24,000 nucleotides of DNA from an uncultured Acidobacteriota bacterium (GTDB lineage: Bacteria; Acidobacteriota; Thermoanaerobaculia; Thermoanaerobaculales; Sulfomarinibacteraceae): positions 153,338 through 177,337 of the forward strand of contig CAVQPK010000005.1 in the NCBI GenBank assembly GCA_963714745.1, read 5' to 3'. This document shows positions 13,170 to 22,298 of the stretch, one piece after another. The notes beneath the pieces were generated by a model, which had not been told where the DNA came from, ran no database searches, and saw only the letters and a program-made list of their open reading frames with translations. Positions within the stretch are counted from its first letter, which is position 1. Every line of letters starts with the position of its first letter. The position numbers and the translations under genes are program-made.

Positions 13170-13940
13170 CTAGTGTTCCTCGTGCGCGACGGCCCCCTGG
13201 ATGTAGGCCATCGTCAGCATGATGAAGATGAACGCCTGGAGTAACGAACCGAAGATGCCGAGGCCCATCATCGGCCACGGAAGCAGGAACGGGAACATGC
13301 CGAAGAAGATCAGGGTCGCGGTGTGCTCGCCGGAGATGTTCCCGAACAGCCGAAGCGCCAGCGACAGGATGCGAGCGAGGTGCGAGATGATCTCGATCGG
13401 GACCATGATCGGAGCCAGAAGCGGCAGCGGCCCAGCGAAGTGCTTGACGTAGCGGACGATTCCCTGCTCGCGCACGCCCACGATATTGTAGAAGAGGAAC
13501 GCGGTGATCGACAGCGCGAAGGTGGTCGAGGTCACCTGGGTCGGCGGCTGAAGGAAGAAGAACAAGCCGAAGATGTTGCAGGTGAAGATGAAGACCGCGA
13601 GCGTTCCGATGAAGCCGAGGAACCGCTTGCCGGCGCCGTGACCGACCACATCCTCGAGCAGCGTTCCGAGGCCGTCGACGGTGAGCTCCAGCACCTGTTG
13701 CAGCTTTCCGGGCTCACCGACCGAGAGCTTCCGGCTCACGGGAACCACCGCGAGCGCGATCACCGCCACCGCGAGCATCGCCATGATGACGTGATCGGGC
13801 AGCCAGAAGACCTGGCCGTGCTGCGCGCCCATCAGCGCGAGCCATCGCTCGGGGGGCTCTCCGAAGAGGACGATCAGGAGCTTGTTGACCGGTCCGTACA
13901 GGTACGAGTAATGGTGCTCCAAGTCAACCTCCTCCGACAC
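13170..13940 (-). CDS. atpB: F-type ATP synthase subunit a
   Basis: IEIISHLARILSLALRLFGNISGEHT carries the conserved stator Arg. The protein is polytopic and hydrophobic and ends MLTMAYIQGAVAHEEH. The start is GTG 13940, or TTG 13922 preceded by GGAGGAGG. Confidence 0.92.
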   Translation of the reverse strand: MSEEVDLEHHYSYLYGPVNKLLIVLFGEPPERWLALMGAQHGQVFWLPDHVIMAMLAVAVIALAVVPVSRKLSVGEPGKLQQVLELTVDGLGTLLEDVVGHGAGKRFLGFIGTLAVFIFTCNIFGLFFFLQPPTQVTSTTFALSITAFLFYNIVGVREQGIVRYVKHFAGPLPLLAPIMVPIEIISHLARILSLALRLFGNISGEHTATLIFFGMFPFLLPWPMMGLGIFGSLLQAFIFIMLTMAYIQGAVAHEEH

Positions 13941-14307
13941 GCGCCGAGCGGATGCCCTCGATCACGAGCGCCACCACCAGGGCGGAGAACCCGAGCGCGA
14001 CGGCCACCGCGTCGATCTCGGGTACCAGAACCACTGCTGCGAGAACGGCCCCGAGGAGGGCCAACCGAGCCACGAAACGGAACAGGGACCAGCGGTCAAA
14101 TCTCGGTTCTCCGGGTTGAATCACGCGGGTGAGCACGTCCTCCAGCCAGCGGAAGTTGATGATAGCCACCAGACCCGCCCCGGTCAAGCTCGCCGCTCCA
14201 GTAAAGGAACGTCGCAAGATGAGCTCGCAGATCGCGCCGATCACCACGAGGCCTCCCGCCCACCGGGCAACCCGGCGCGGAGAGAAGCCGGCGACCTCAC
14301 TCGGCAC
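13924..14307 (-). CDS. atpI: ATP synthase protein I (AtpI-like small membrane protein)
   Basis: 127-aa hydrophobic protein with 3-4 predicted TM segments (GLVVIGAICELIL, GAGLVAIINFRWL, LALLGAVLAAVVLV, ALGFSALVVALVI). It sits directly upstream of atpB, and its start and stop overlap the neighbouring genes. The call rests on position and composition. Confidence 0.65.
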   Translation of the reverse strand: MPSEVAGFSPRRVARWAGGLVVIGAICELILRRSFTGAASLTGAGLVAIINFRWLEDVLTRVIQPGEPRFDRWSLFRFVARLALLGAVLAAVVLVPEIDAVAVALGFSALVVALVIEGIRSARVGGG

Positions 14308-14572
14308 CGTCCCGCTCCTTCCCGACAGCTTCTTCGGCGTCGAGCGTCTCCTCCTTCTCGGCGGCCCCGGCGGAGATCCGGAACAGGTTGACGAAGCCGG
14401 CGATGATCCCGAACAGGGTGAAGAGCCCGGTCAACCACGGCCAGGTGCCGAGGTGACGGTCCATCCACCTTCCCCAGAGGAAGCCGAGGGTGATTGCGAC
14501 CGGGAACTGGATGCCGATGATCGAGGCGTCGACCCAGTTGCTGGCGCGGCGCAGCGTGCGCTTGCGGCTCAT
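14297..14572 (-). CDS. atpZ: AtpZ/ATPase_gene1-type small membrane protein of F-ATPase operons
   Basis: ATG 14572 preceded by GGAGG. ASIIGIQFPVAITLGFLWGRWMDRHLGTWPWLTGLFTLFGIIAGFVNLFR matches the two-TM GxxxGxWxD...PW pattern of the family as I recall it. It is the first gene of the atp block. Confidence 0.7.
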   Translation of the reverse strand: MSRKRTLRRASNWVDASIIGIQFPVAITLGFLWGRWMDRHLGTWPWLTGLFTLFGIIAGFVNLFRISAGAAEKEETLDAEEAVGKERDGAE

Positions 14573-14615
14573 GTCGACCTCCACCGTCGCGAGTCGTGCG
14601 GTCCGAAGCCACGGA

Positions 14616-16073
14616 CTACTGCAGCCCGAGTGCGTTGAGCCCGCTCTGTGCCCAGGCCACCACCGGCGCCGGCCAGACCCCGATCGCCAGCGTCACCACG
14701 GCGCACACACCGAGCATCGCCTCGAGCCAACGGTCCCGCGCCAGCGGCGCCGGCTGGTCCTCGGGACCGTCCTTGAGGTACATCTGCACCACCAGCCGGA
14801 AGTAGTAGTAGAGCGACACCGCTGACATCAGCAGGCCGACCACCGCGAGCCAGGCGTAGCCGGCCTGGATCGCGGCCGCGAACAGGTAGAGCTTGCCCAT
14901 GAAACCGGCGGTCGGCGGGATCCCGGTCAGAGACAGCAGGAAGAGCAGCATGCCGGCCGCCGCCGCCGGGTAGCGCCGTGCGAGCCCGGCGTAGTCGTCG
15001 ATGGTTTCGCCGGCATAGCCGCGGGTCTCGAGCAGGATCACGAACCCGAACGCACCGAGGTTCATGAACGCGTAGACCAGCATGTACATGAGCACCGACC
15101 AGGTGCCCATCGCGGAGACCGCGGCCAGCCCCATGAGGGCATAGCCGGCGTGCGCGATCGACGAGTAGGCCAGCATTCTCTTGACGTTCGTCTGGGTCAG
15201 TGCGGCGACGTTGCCGTAGACCATGGTCAGCGCCGCGGCGACGATCAGCACCACCCGCCACTGGTCCGCCTCGGGCGCGAAGGTGCCGGCGAAGAGACGC
15301 AGGAAGATGGCGAACGCGGCCGCCTTCGGACCCACCGACATGAACGCGGTCACCGGCGTCGGCGCCCCCTCGTAGGCATCCGGCGTCCAGACGTGGAACG
15401 GAACCGCGGCGACCTTGAACAGCATCCCGAACCCGACCAGCAGGATCCCGAGCATGACCAAGAGGTCGCCGTCGGGGGCGGCCGCGAGGCCGCTGCGGAT
15501 GGCGGTGAGATCCAGCGTGCCGAGGGCGCCGTAGAGCAGCGAGATGCCGTACAGCAGCACGCCGGAGGACAGGGCGCCGAGCACGAAGTACTTGACCGCA
15601 CCCTCGTTCGACTTGTGCTCGAGCTTGAAGTAGCCCACCAGCACGTAAACCGAGAGCGCCATCAGCTCGAGACCGACGTAGAGGCTGGCCAGGTTCGCGG
15701 CCGACACCATGACGAACATGCCGGCGGTGGCGAAGAGGACCAACGACACGTACTCGCCGGCCCCGTACCGTGAGCGCTCCAGATAGCCGGCCGACATCAG
15801 CAGGGCGATCGCCGACGCGGCAGCGAGCAGGAGCTTGAAGTAGAACCCGAACCCGTCGATCACCAGCATGTCGCCGAGGATCGTTCGTGGCTCGCCGTCG
15901 GGGCGGGCGACCAGCCACACCAGCAGCACGGTCAGGGCGAGGCCGCCGACTCCCGTGAGCAGCATCGCCCGGATGCCGCTCTTTCCCCAGGCCACTCCGG
16001 CGACCAGGAGAATGAAGCCCACGACCGAGAGCACGATCTCGGGCAGGAACGGAACGAAGTCCGTCAGGCTCAT
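14616..16073 (-). CDS. nuoN: NADH-quinone oxidoreductase subunit N
   Basis: 485-aa polytopic antiporter-like protein: LFKVAAVPFHVWTPDAYEGAPTPVTAFMSVGPKAAAF ... KRMLAYSSIAHAGY. Last gene of the nuo block; uninterrupted. Confidence 0.92.
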   Translation of the reverse strand: MSLTDFVPFLPEIVLSVVGFILLVAGVAWGKSGIRAMLLTGVGGLALTVLLVWLVARPDGEPRTILGDMLVIDGFGFYFKLLLAAASAIALLMSAGYLERSRYGAGEYVSLVLFATAGMFVMVSAANLASLYVGLELMALSVYVLVGYFKLEHKSNEGAVKYFVLGALSSGVLLYGISLLYGALGTLDLTAIRSGLAAAPDGDLLVMLGILLVGFGMLFKVAAVPFHVWTPDAYEGAPTPVTAFMSVGPKAAAFAIFLRLFAGTFAPEADQWRVVLIVAAALTMVYGNVAALTQTNVKRMLAYSSIAHAGYALMGLAAVSAMGTWSVLMYMLVYAFMNLGAFGFVILLETRGYAGETIDDYAGLARRYPAAAAGMLLFLLSLTGIPPTAGFMGKLYLFAAAIQAGYAWLAVVGLLMSAVSLYYYFRLVVQMYLKDGPEDQPAPLARDRWLEAMLGVCAVVTLAIGVWPAPVVAWAQSGLNALGLQ

Positions 16074-16076
16074 CGC

Positions 16077-17679
16077 CTACTCCTCGTGGTGGGCCGGCTC
16101 GCCGTGGTCGGCCGCGGCCGGAATCCCGGCCGGCAGGGCCGGTTCCGGCATCGCCACCTCGACCCGCTCGAGCACCCGGTTGACCGTCGGCTCCATCATC
16201 CGGAAGAACGGCTTCGGGTAGAGGCCGATCCAGAAGGCGAGCAGGATCAGCGGGATGATGGTCCACTGCTCGCGCAGGTTGAGGTCGGAGAGCCCCTTGT
16301 TCTTCTCGTTGGTCAGGTCGCCGAAGAAGACCCGCTGGTACATCCACAGCATGTAGCCGGCGCCGAGCACGATGCCGGTGGCGGCGATCACCGCCCACCA
16401 CCACTGGTGGTGGAAGGCGCCGATCAGGATCGTGAACTCGCCGATGAAGCCGTTGAGCGTCGGCAGCCCGATCGACGACATCGTGATCACCATGAAGAAC
16501 ATGGCGTAGACCGGCATGACCTTGGCGAGGCCGCCGTACTCCGAGATCATCCGGTTGTGGCGGCGCTCGTAGATGATGCCGACGAGCAGGAAGAGCGCGC
16601 CGGTGGAGATGCCGTGGTTGAGCATCTGGAGGATCGAGCCGCGCAGCCCCGGCTGGTTGAGCGCGAACATGCCCAGCATGATGAAGCCCATGTGGCTCAC
16701 CGAGGAGTAGGCGACGAGCTTCTTCATGTCCTTCTGCGCCATCGCCACCAGCGCGCCGTAGACGATCGCGAACAGCGACAGCCAGCCGATCCACGGCACC
16801 GCCTTCACCGTCGCCTCCGGCAGCAGCGGCAGCGAGAAGCGCACGAACCCGTAGGTCCCCATCTTCAGCAGGACGCCGGCGAGGATGACCGAGCCGGCGG
16901 TCGGCGCCTCGACGTGGGCGTCGGGCAGCCAGGTGTGGAACGGGAACATCGGCACCTTGATCGCGAAGCCGACGAAGAAGGCGAGGAAGATCCAGATCTG
17001 CAGGCCGCCCGGGACCTGGGGCGCGATCGCGTACAGGTCGGGCACCGCGAAGGTGGCCACGTTGCCGAGCCCAGGCAGGCCGATCGCCGCCAGGCCGTCG
17101 GCGTTGTAGAAGTAGAGCGCGAGAATGCCGACCAGCATCAGCACCGAGCCGAACAGGGTGTAGAGGAAGAACTTGATCGCCGCGTAGAGCTTCCGCGGGT
17201 CCGCCCCAGACGCCGATGAGGAAGTACATCGGCACCAGCATGACCTCCCAGAAGACGTAGAACAGGATGAAGTCGAGCGAGCTGAACACGCCCAGCATGC
17301 CGGTCTGCAGCAGCAGCAGGAAGATGTAGTACTCCTTCTGGCGCTCGGCGATGGCGGTGAACGACGAGAACACCGAGATGAAGCCGAGCAGCGTCGTCAG
17401 CAGGATCAGCAGGATCGCGAAGCCGTCGACGCCGAACAGGTACTGCGCCCCGACCGAGGGGATCCACTCCGCCTGGGTGACGAACTGGAACTCCGGCCCG
17501 TCGGTGCGGTAGAGGAACCACAGCGGCAGGGACAGCACGAAGTCGAGCCCGACCACGACCGTGGCGAAGGCCTTGATCGCCCCGGTCCGCTCCTTGCCGA
17601 TGAAGAAGATCATGACCAGCGCGCCGGCCAGCGGCAGGTAGCAGATCAGGTTCAGGAGGTAGCCGTATTGGGTGTCCAT
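16077..17679 (-). CDS. nuoM: NADH-quinone oxidoreductase subunit M; reading frame interrupted by one extra base near 17198
   Basis: ATG 17679: [21 protein letters not shown] ... [18 protein letters not shown], visible as residues 19-180 of track ORF 14569..17733. The continuation [31 protein letters not shown]... lies in the frame of ORF 16077..17144 ([43 protein letters not shown]). 1603 nt = 534 codons + 1 base. Confidence 0.88.
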
Positions 17680-17695
17680 CGTCAGGTCCCTGCTC

Positions 17696-19802
17696 CTAGA
17701 AGATGTAGTAGACGGCCAACAATGCGGCCGCACCCAGCACCATGACCAGGGCGTAGCCCTGGGCGAATCCCACCTGCAGGCGGCGGAAGGCGACGCTCGC
17801 GACGTTCCACAAGGTGCCGACGAGGTTGACGAGGCCGTCGACCACCTTGAGGTCGAAGACCCCCGACAGGAAGCTCGAGCCCACGGTCAGGTGACGGGTC
17901 CCGTTGACCGCGCCGTCCACCACCCGCGCGTCAGCCTCCCACAGGAAGGCCGCTCCCTTGACGGTGCCAGCGATCACGGTCGCGTCGTAGAGCTCGTCGA
18001 CGTAGTACTTGTTGAGCACGGCGGAGTAGGCGCGGGGGAAGCGCTCGGCGATTCGGCGCGGGGTCTCGCCGGCCTTCGCCCCGAGGTAGAAGCGGGTCGC
18101 GAGCCAGATCCCGAAGCCGGCCACGGCCAGCGACAGCGCGATCAGGCCGAGCTCGAGCCCGAGCGACAGGTGGTGGGCCGCGTGCTCACCCCCGTGACCC
18201 TCGGCCGCGTGGCCGATCGGAAGCAGGATCGGGCTCAGGAAGCGGTCGATCAGGTTCCACTCCGGGTGACCGAAGCATCTTGCCCGGCACCCCCAGGAAC
18301 CCGCCCACCACCGACAGCGCGCCCAGCACCACCAGCGGCATCGTCATCGTCCACGGCGACTCGTGCACGTGGTGCTCCGCCTCCGCCCCGCCCCGGAACT
18401 CACCGTGGAAGGTCAGGTACACCAGGCGGAACATGTAGAACGCGGTCATCACCGCGCCCGCCACACCCAGCACCCACAGCGCCAGGTACCACGTCCCGTT
18501 CCCGTTCAGGTTCCCGTACCCCGCCTCGAACGCCGACGCCAGGATCGCGTCCTTGGAGAAGAACCCCGCGAACGGCACGATCCCCGCGATCGCGATCGTC
18601 GCCGCCAGGAAGGTCCAGTAGGTGATCGGCATGTGCTTCTTCAGGCCGCCCATCTTCCGGATGTCCTGCTCGCCGGAGCAGCCGTGGATCACCGACCCCG
18701 ACCCCAGGAACAGGCACGCCTTGAAGAACGCGTGCGTCACCACGTGGAAGATCGCCGCCACGAACGCCCCCACACCGGCGCCCAGGAACATGTAGCCCAG
18801 CTGCGACACGGTGGAGTACGCCAGCACCTTCTTGATGTCGTTCTGCGCCAGCCCGATGGTCGCCGCGAACACCGCCGTCAGGCCCCCGACCACCCCCACC
18901 ACCAGCATCGCGGTCGGGCTCAGACGGAAGAACACGTTGCACCGCGCCACCATGTACACGCCCGCCGTGACCATGGTCGCCGCGTGGATCAGCGCCGACA
19001 CCGGCGTCGGCCCCGCCATCGCGTCCGGCAGCCACACATACAGCGGCAGCTGCGCCGACTTGCCCATCGCCCCCACGAACAGCAGCAGCCCGATCATCGT
19101 CGCCGAGCCCGCGTACAGCTCCGGGTGCGCCGCCGCCTCGGCGAACATGTCCCCGAACTCCACCGTGCCGAACACCGCGAACGCCGCGAAGATCGCCAGC
19201 AGGAAGCCGAAGTCCCCGATCCGGTTGACGATGAACGCCTTCTTGCCGGCCGACGCGCACCAGTCCTTCTCGAAGTAGAAGCCGATCAGCAGGTACGAGC
19301 ACAGCCCCACACCCTCCCAGCCGACGAACAGCACCGGCAGGTTGGAGCCCAGCACCAGCACCAGCATCGAGAACATGAACAGGTTCAGGTAGGCGAAGTA
19401 GCGCGCGTAGGCCCGGTCCGGCTCGTGGTGCATGTAGCCGACCGAGTACACGTGGATCAGAAAACCCACGAAGGTCACGAACCCCAGCATCACCGCCGAC
19501 AGCGCGTCGAGCTGGAACGAGGCGGCGATGTCGAGCGGGACCGTTCTCCCGCCCCAGATGGTGATCTCGCCGCCGGCGACCCAGGTGAAGACCCGGACCA
19601 CGTGGGCATGCTCGAATCCCTCGCTCGCCAGCCACTGACCGATCGCCGCCCACCCCCACAGCCAGGCGAGCCCGGAGCCGGCCAGCGCAACCAGATTGGA
19701 GACCTTCTTGGACAGGCCGAACCGGTTGGTGACGATTCCGTTGACGATCGCACCCGCGAGCGGGAACAGGGGCACGAGCCAGATCAGATCGTGAAAGCGC
19801 AT
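17696..19802 (-). CDS. nuoL: NADH-quinone oxidoreductase subunit L; reading frame interrupted by one extra base near 18272
   Basis: ATG 19802: MRFHDLIWLVPLFPLAGA ... GWEGVGLCSYLLIGFYF ... KSAQLPLYVWLPDAMAGPTPVSALIHAATMVTAGVY ... VLAYSTVSQLGYMF ... GGFLGVPGKML. The next frame continues GHPEWNLIDRFLSPILLPIG ... into track ORF 17696..18124 (NKYYVDELY, C-terminal TM). 2107 nt = 702 codons + 1 base. Confidence 0.88.
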
Positions 19803-19805
19803 CCT

Positions 19806-20108
19806 CTAGCTCCGCATCTCGCTCGCGTCGTCCAGCGAGATGGTGTTCTTCAACCGCACCAGGGCGATGATCAGGCCGAGCCCGATCGCCGCTTCGGCGG
19901 CGGCGATGGTGATCACGAACACCGCCAGCACCTGGCCGGAGAGGTCTCCGAGCCGGTACGAGAACGCGATCAGGTTGAGGTTGACCGCGTTGAAGACCAG
20001 CTCGAGCGACATCAGCACGGTGATGAAGTTGCGCCGCACCAGCACGCCGACCACGCCGATCGCGAACAGGATCAGCGACAGCACCATGTAGTGGGTGGCC
20101 CCGATCAT
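19806..20108 (-). CDS. nuoK: NADH-quinone oxidoreductase subunit K
   Basis: ATG 20108 (ATGA overlap with the nuoJ stop). MIGATHYMVLSLILFAIGVVGVLVRRNFITVLMSLELVFNAVNLNLIAF ... AAAEAAIGLGLIIALVR; 100 aa. The upstream 43 codons of the track ORF are rejected. Confidence 0.92.
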   Translation of the reverse strand: MIGATHYMVLSLILFAIGVVGVLVRRNFITVLMSLELVFNAVNLNLIAFSYRLGDLSGQVLAVFVITIAAAEAAIGLGLIIALVRLKNTISLDDASEMRS

Positions 20109-20674
20109 CGCCGGCCCTCTCCTTCCTCCTCCAGCGAGGCCTCGCGGCGGCCGAACACGATCGCCCCGATCATCGCCACCAGGAGCACGACCGAAACCAC
20201 CTCGAAAGGCACCAGGTAGGTGCGGTACAGAAGCCAACCGACGGCCTGGGTGTTGCCCAGGGCCTCGCCCTCCACCGCCCGGAGCGCGGCCTGGGAGCCG
20301 GGGCCCGCGGCGGCTCCTCCGGAGAGTGCGAGGAAAGCCATGATCGACCCGAGCAGGACCGTCCCGGCGACCGCGATCGGCGCCTGGCGCGACAGGAAGA
20401 CCTCGCTCGGACTCAGCCGCTTGACGTTGACCAGCATGATCACGAACAGGAACAGAACCATGATGCCGCCGGCGTAGACCAGCACCTGGACCGCGGCCAG
20501 GAACTCGGCGTGCTGGACCACGAACAGGCAGGCCACCATCAGGAAGCAGCCGAGCAGCGAGAGCGCGGAGTGGACCGGGTTTCTGAGCACCACCACGCCG
20601 ATCGCACCGGCGACGGTGAGCGACGCCAGCACGTAGAACAGGATCGCGGTGAAGTTGGAGACCAGGAAGTCCAT
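20105..20674 (-). CDS. nuoJ: NADH-quinone oxidoreductase subunit J
   Basis: ATG 20674 with GGGAGGAG RBS (TGATG junction with nuoI). MDFLVSNFTAILFYVLASLTVAGAIGVVVLRNPVHSALSLL ... FLAAVQVLVYAGGIMVLFLFVIML ... YLVPFEVVSVVLLVAMIGAIV; 189 aa. Confidence 0.9.
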   Translation of the reverse strand: MDFLVSNFTAILFYVLASLTVAGAIGVVVLRNPVHSALSLLGCFLMVACLFVVQHAEFLAAVQVLVYAGGIMVLFLFVIMLVNVKRLSPSEVFLSRQAPIAVAGTVLLGSIMAFLALSGGAAAGPGSQAALRAVEGEALGNTQAVGWLLYRTYLVPFEVVSVVLLVAMIGAIVFGRREASLEEEGEGRR

Positions 20675-21228
20675 CACGAGGCTCCTCCCTGTCCGTTCTC
20701 GGAGGCGGGCCGGGGCTTCTTGCCGAGGGGATCGTCGGGCCGCTGACCCTGGTTGGGGGGGACCACGCCCGGGAAGGCCAGCAGACCCTCCCAGCTCTGC
20801 AGACGGTTCTTGTCGAAGTAAAGGCCTTCGTTGCGCTCGTAGACGGCGCCCTCGTAGGTCTTCGACGTGAGCCAGATCGAGCGCGGCTCGGTCGGGCACG
20901 CCTCCTCGCAGAGGCCGCAGAACATGCACCGCTTGACGTCGATGTCGTAGCGGTCGATGACCTTCTTCTTCTTCTTGGTGTCGGGGTCGACCTCGACGTG
21001 GTCGACGATGTAGATGATGTTGATCGGACACGCCTTGGCGCACAGGCCGCAGTCGATGCAGCGCTCCGGGTCGTAGCCGAACATGCCGCGGAAGCGGTCG
21101 GTCGGCTCGAGCCGTTTTTCGGGGTACTGCACGGTCTCCTTGCGGGCGAACAGGTAGCCCCCGGTCACCGCCAGTCCCTTGAAGAGGTCGGTGGGGATGA
21201 GGCGGGCGAAGAAGTCCTTGACCGTCAT
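20674..21228 (-). CDS. nuoI: NADH-quinone oxidoreductase subunit I (2x[4Fe-4S] ferredoxin-type)
   Basis: CIDCGLCAKACP and CMFCGLCEEACP cluster motifs, and N-terminal GLAVTGGYLFARKETVQYPEKR. 184 aa with a Lys5 insert and a Pro/Gly-rich C-terminal tail. Confidence 0.93.
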   Translation of the reverse strand: MTVKDFFARLIPTDLFKGLAVTGGYLFARKETVQYPEKRLEPTDRFRGMFGYDPERCIDCGLCAKACPINIIYIVDHVEVDPDTKKKKKVIDRYDIDVKRCMFCGLCEEACPTEPRSIWLTSKTYEGAVYERNEGLYFDKNRLQSWEGLLAFPGVVPPNQGQRPDDPLGKKPRPASENGQGGAS

Positions 21229-21232
21229 GGGC

Positions 21233-22287
21233 TCATCCCTTCACCAGCAGCACGCCGAGACCGATCAGCATGACGTTGGCCAGGCTGAGCGGCAACAGCC
21301 ACTTCCAGCCCACCTCCATCAGCTGGTCGAAGCGGTAGCCTCGGGAAGGTGCCGCGGAACCAGATGTAGACGAAGATGAAGAAGGCGACCTTGACGACGA
21401 ACCAGACCACCGGCGGGATCCAGGCGAGGGCGGCGCTCGCCCACAACGGCGCGAGCAGGTTCGGAAACGGCGGCAGCCAGCCGCCGAGGAACATCACCGT
21501 CGGCGAGCGACCCGACCACCAGCATGTTGGCGTACTCGGCGAGGAAGAAGAGCGCGAACTTCATCCCGGAGTACTCGGTGTGGAAGCCGGCCACCAGCTC
21601 CGACTCCGCCTCGGGCAGGTCGAAGGGGTTGCGGTTGGTCTCGGCGACCCCGCAGACGAAGTAGATGCCGAAACCGAGAATCCCCGGGAACATGAACCAG
21701 ATCCCGGCGGACGCGCTGGGCCTCGACGATCTCGACCAGCGACAGCGACCCGGCCATCAGCACCACCGCGACCATCGCGAAGCCCATCGGGACCTCGTAC
21801 GACATCATCTGGGCCGCCGAGCGGAGCCCGCCCATCAGCGAGAACTTGTTGTTCGAGGACCAGCCGCCGAGGATGATCCCGTAGATCCCGATCGAGCTCA
21901 CCGCGAGCACGAACAGCAGCGCGATGTTGACGTCGGCAAGATAGGGCGTGATCGTCCGCCCCGCGATGGTGAAGGGCTCGCCGAACGGAATCACCGCAAA
22001 GACCAGCAGCGCCGGGACGATGATCATCGCCGGCGCGATCATGAATACGAACCGCTCGGCCCCGGTCGGCATCAGGTCCTCCTTGACCAGCAGCTTGAGC
22101 GCGTCGGCGATCGGCTGCAGCCAGCCCTTCGGTCCCGACCCGGTTGGGTCCCGAGCCGGACCTGCATGTAGGCCAGCACCTTGCGCTCGAAGAAGGTCAG
22201 GTAGGCGACGATCAGGAGCAGCACTGCGAGCAGGACGACGATCTTGGCGAGGGGGATCGCCAGGTACTCGAGAAGGGGCTCGCTCAT
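21233..22287 (-). CDS. nuoH: NADH-quinone oxidoreductase subunit H; reading frame interrupted five times by single extra bases
   Basis: ATG 22287 with GGAGG at 22295-22299. The conserved protein is recovered in six pieces: [11 protein letters not shown]...[15 protein letters not shown] / PNRVG / [30 protein letters not shown]...SLVEIVEAQ / [71 protein letters not shown] / [12 protein letters not shown]...[11 protein letters not shown] / [34 protein letters not shown]-stop (TGA 21235..21233). The breaks are near 22149, 22133, 21715, 21501 and 21338. 1055 nt = 350 codons + 5 bases. Confidence 0.85.
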
Positions 22288-22298
22288 CGGGTCGCCTC

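Noticed and set aside
14572-14616. Weak hairpin GTCCG-tggctt-CGGAC (minus strand) between nuoN and atpZ as a terminator
   Set aside because: It has only a 5-bp stem and no U-tract, and it sits 20 nt before the atpZ RBS. That is insufficient to call a terminator.
14569-17733. 1054-aa minus-strand ORF spanning nuoN and nuoM
   Set aside because: Only residues 19 to about 180 (17679 down to about 17198) are real and form the nuoM N-terminus. After the frame break it is out-of-frame read-through across nuoM and nuoN ([15 protein letters not shown]...-type sequence).
20962-20976. (CTT)5 / (AAG)5 trinucleotide run in nuoI encoding KKKKK
   Set aside because: The run is in frame, so length changes would add or remove Lys without a frameshift. 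It lies in a variable insert between the two Fe-S motifs. There is no evidence of phase variation.
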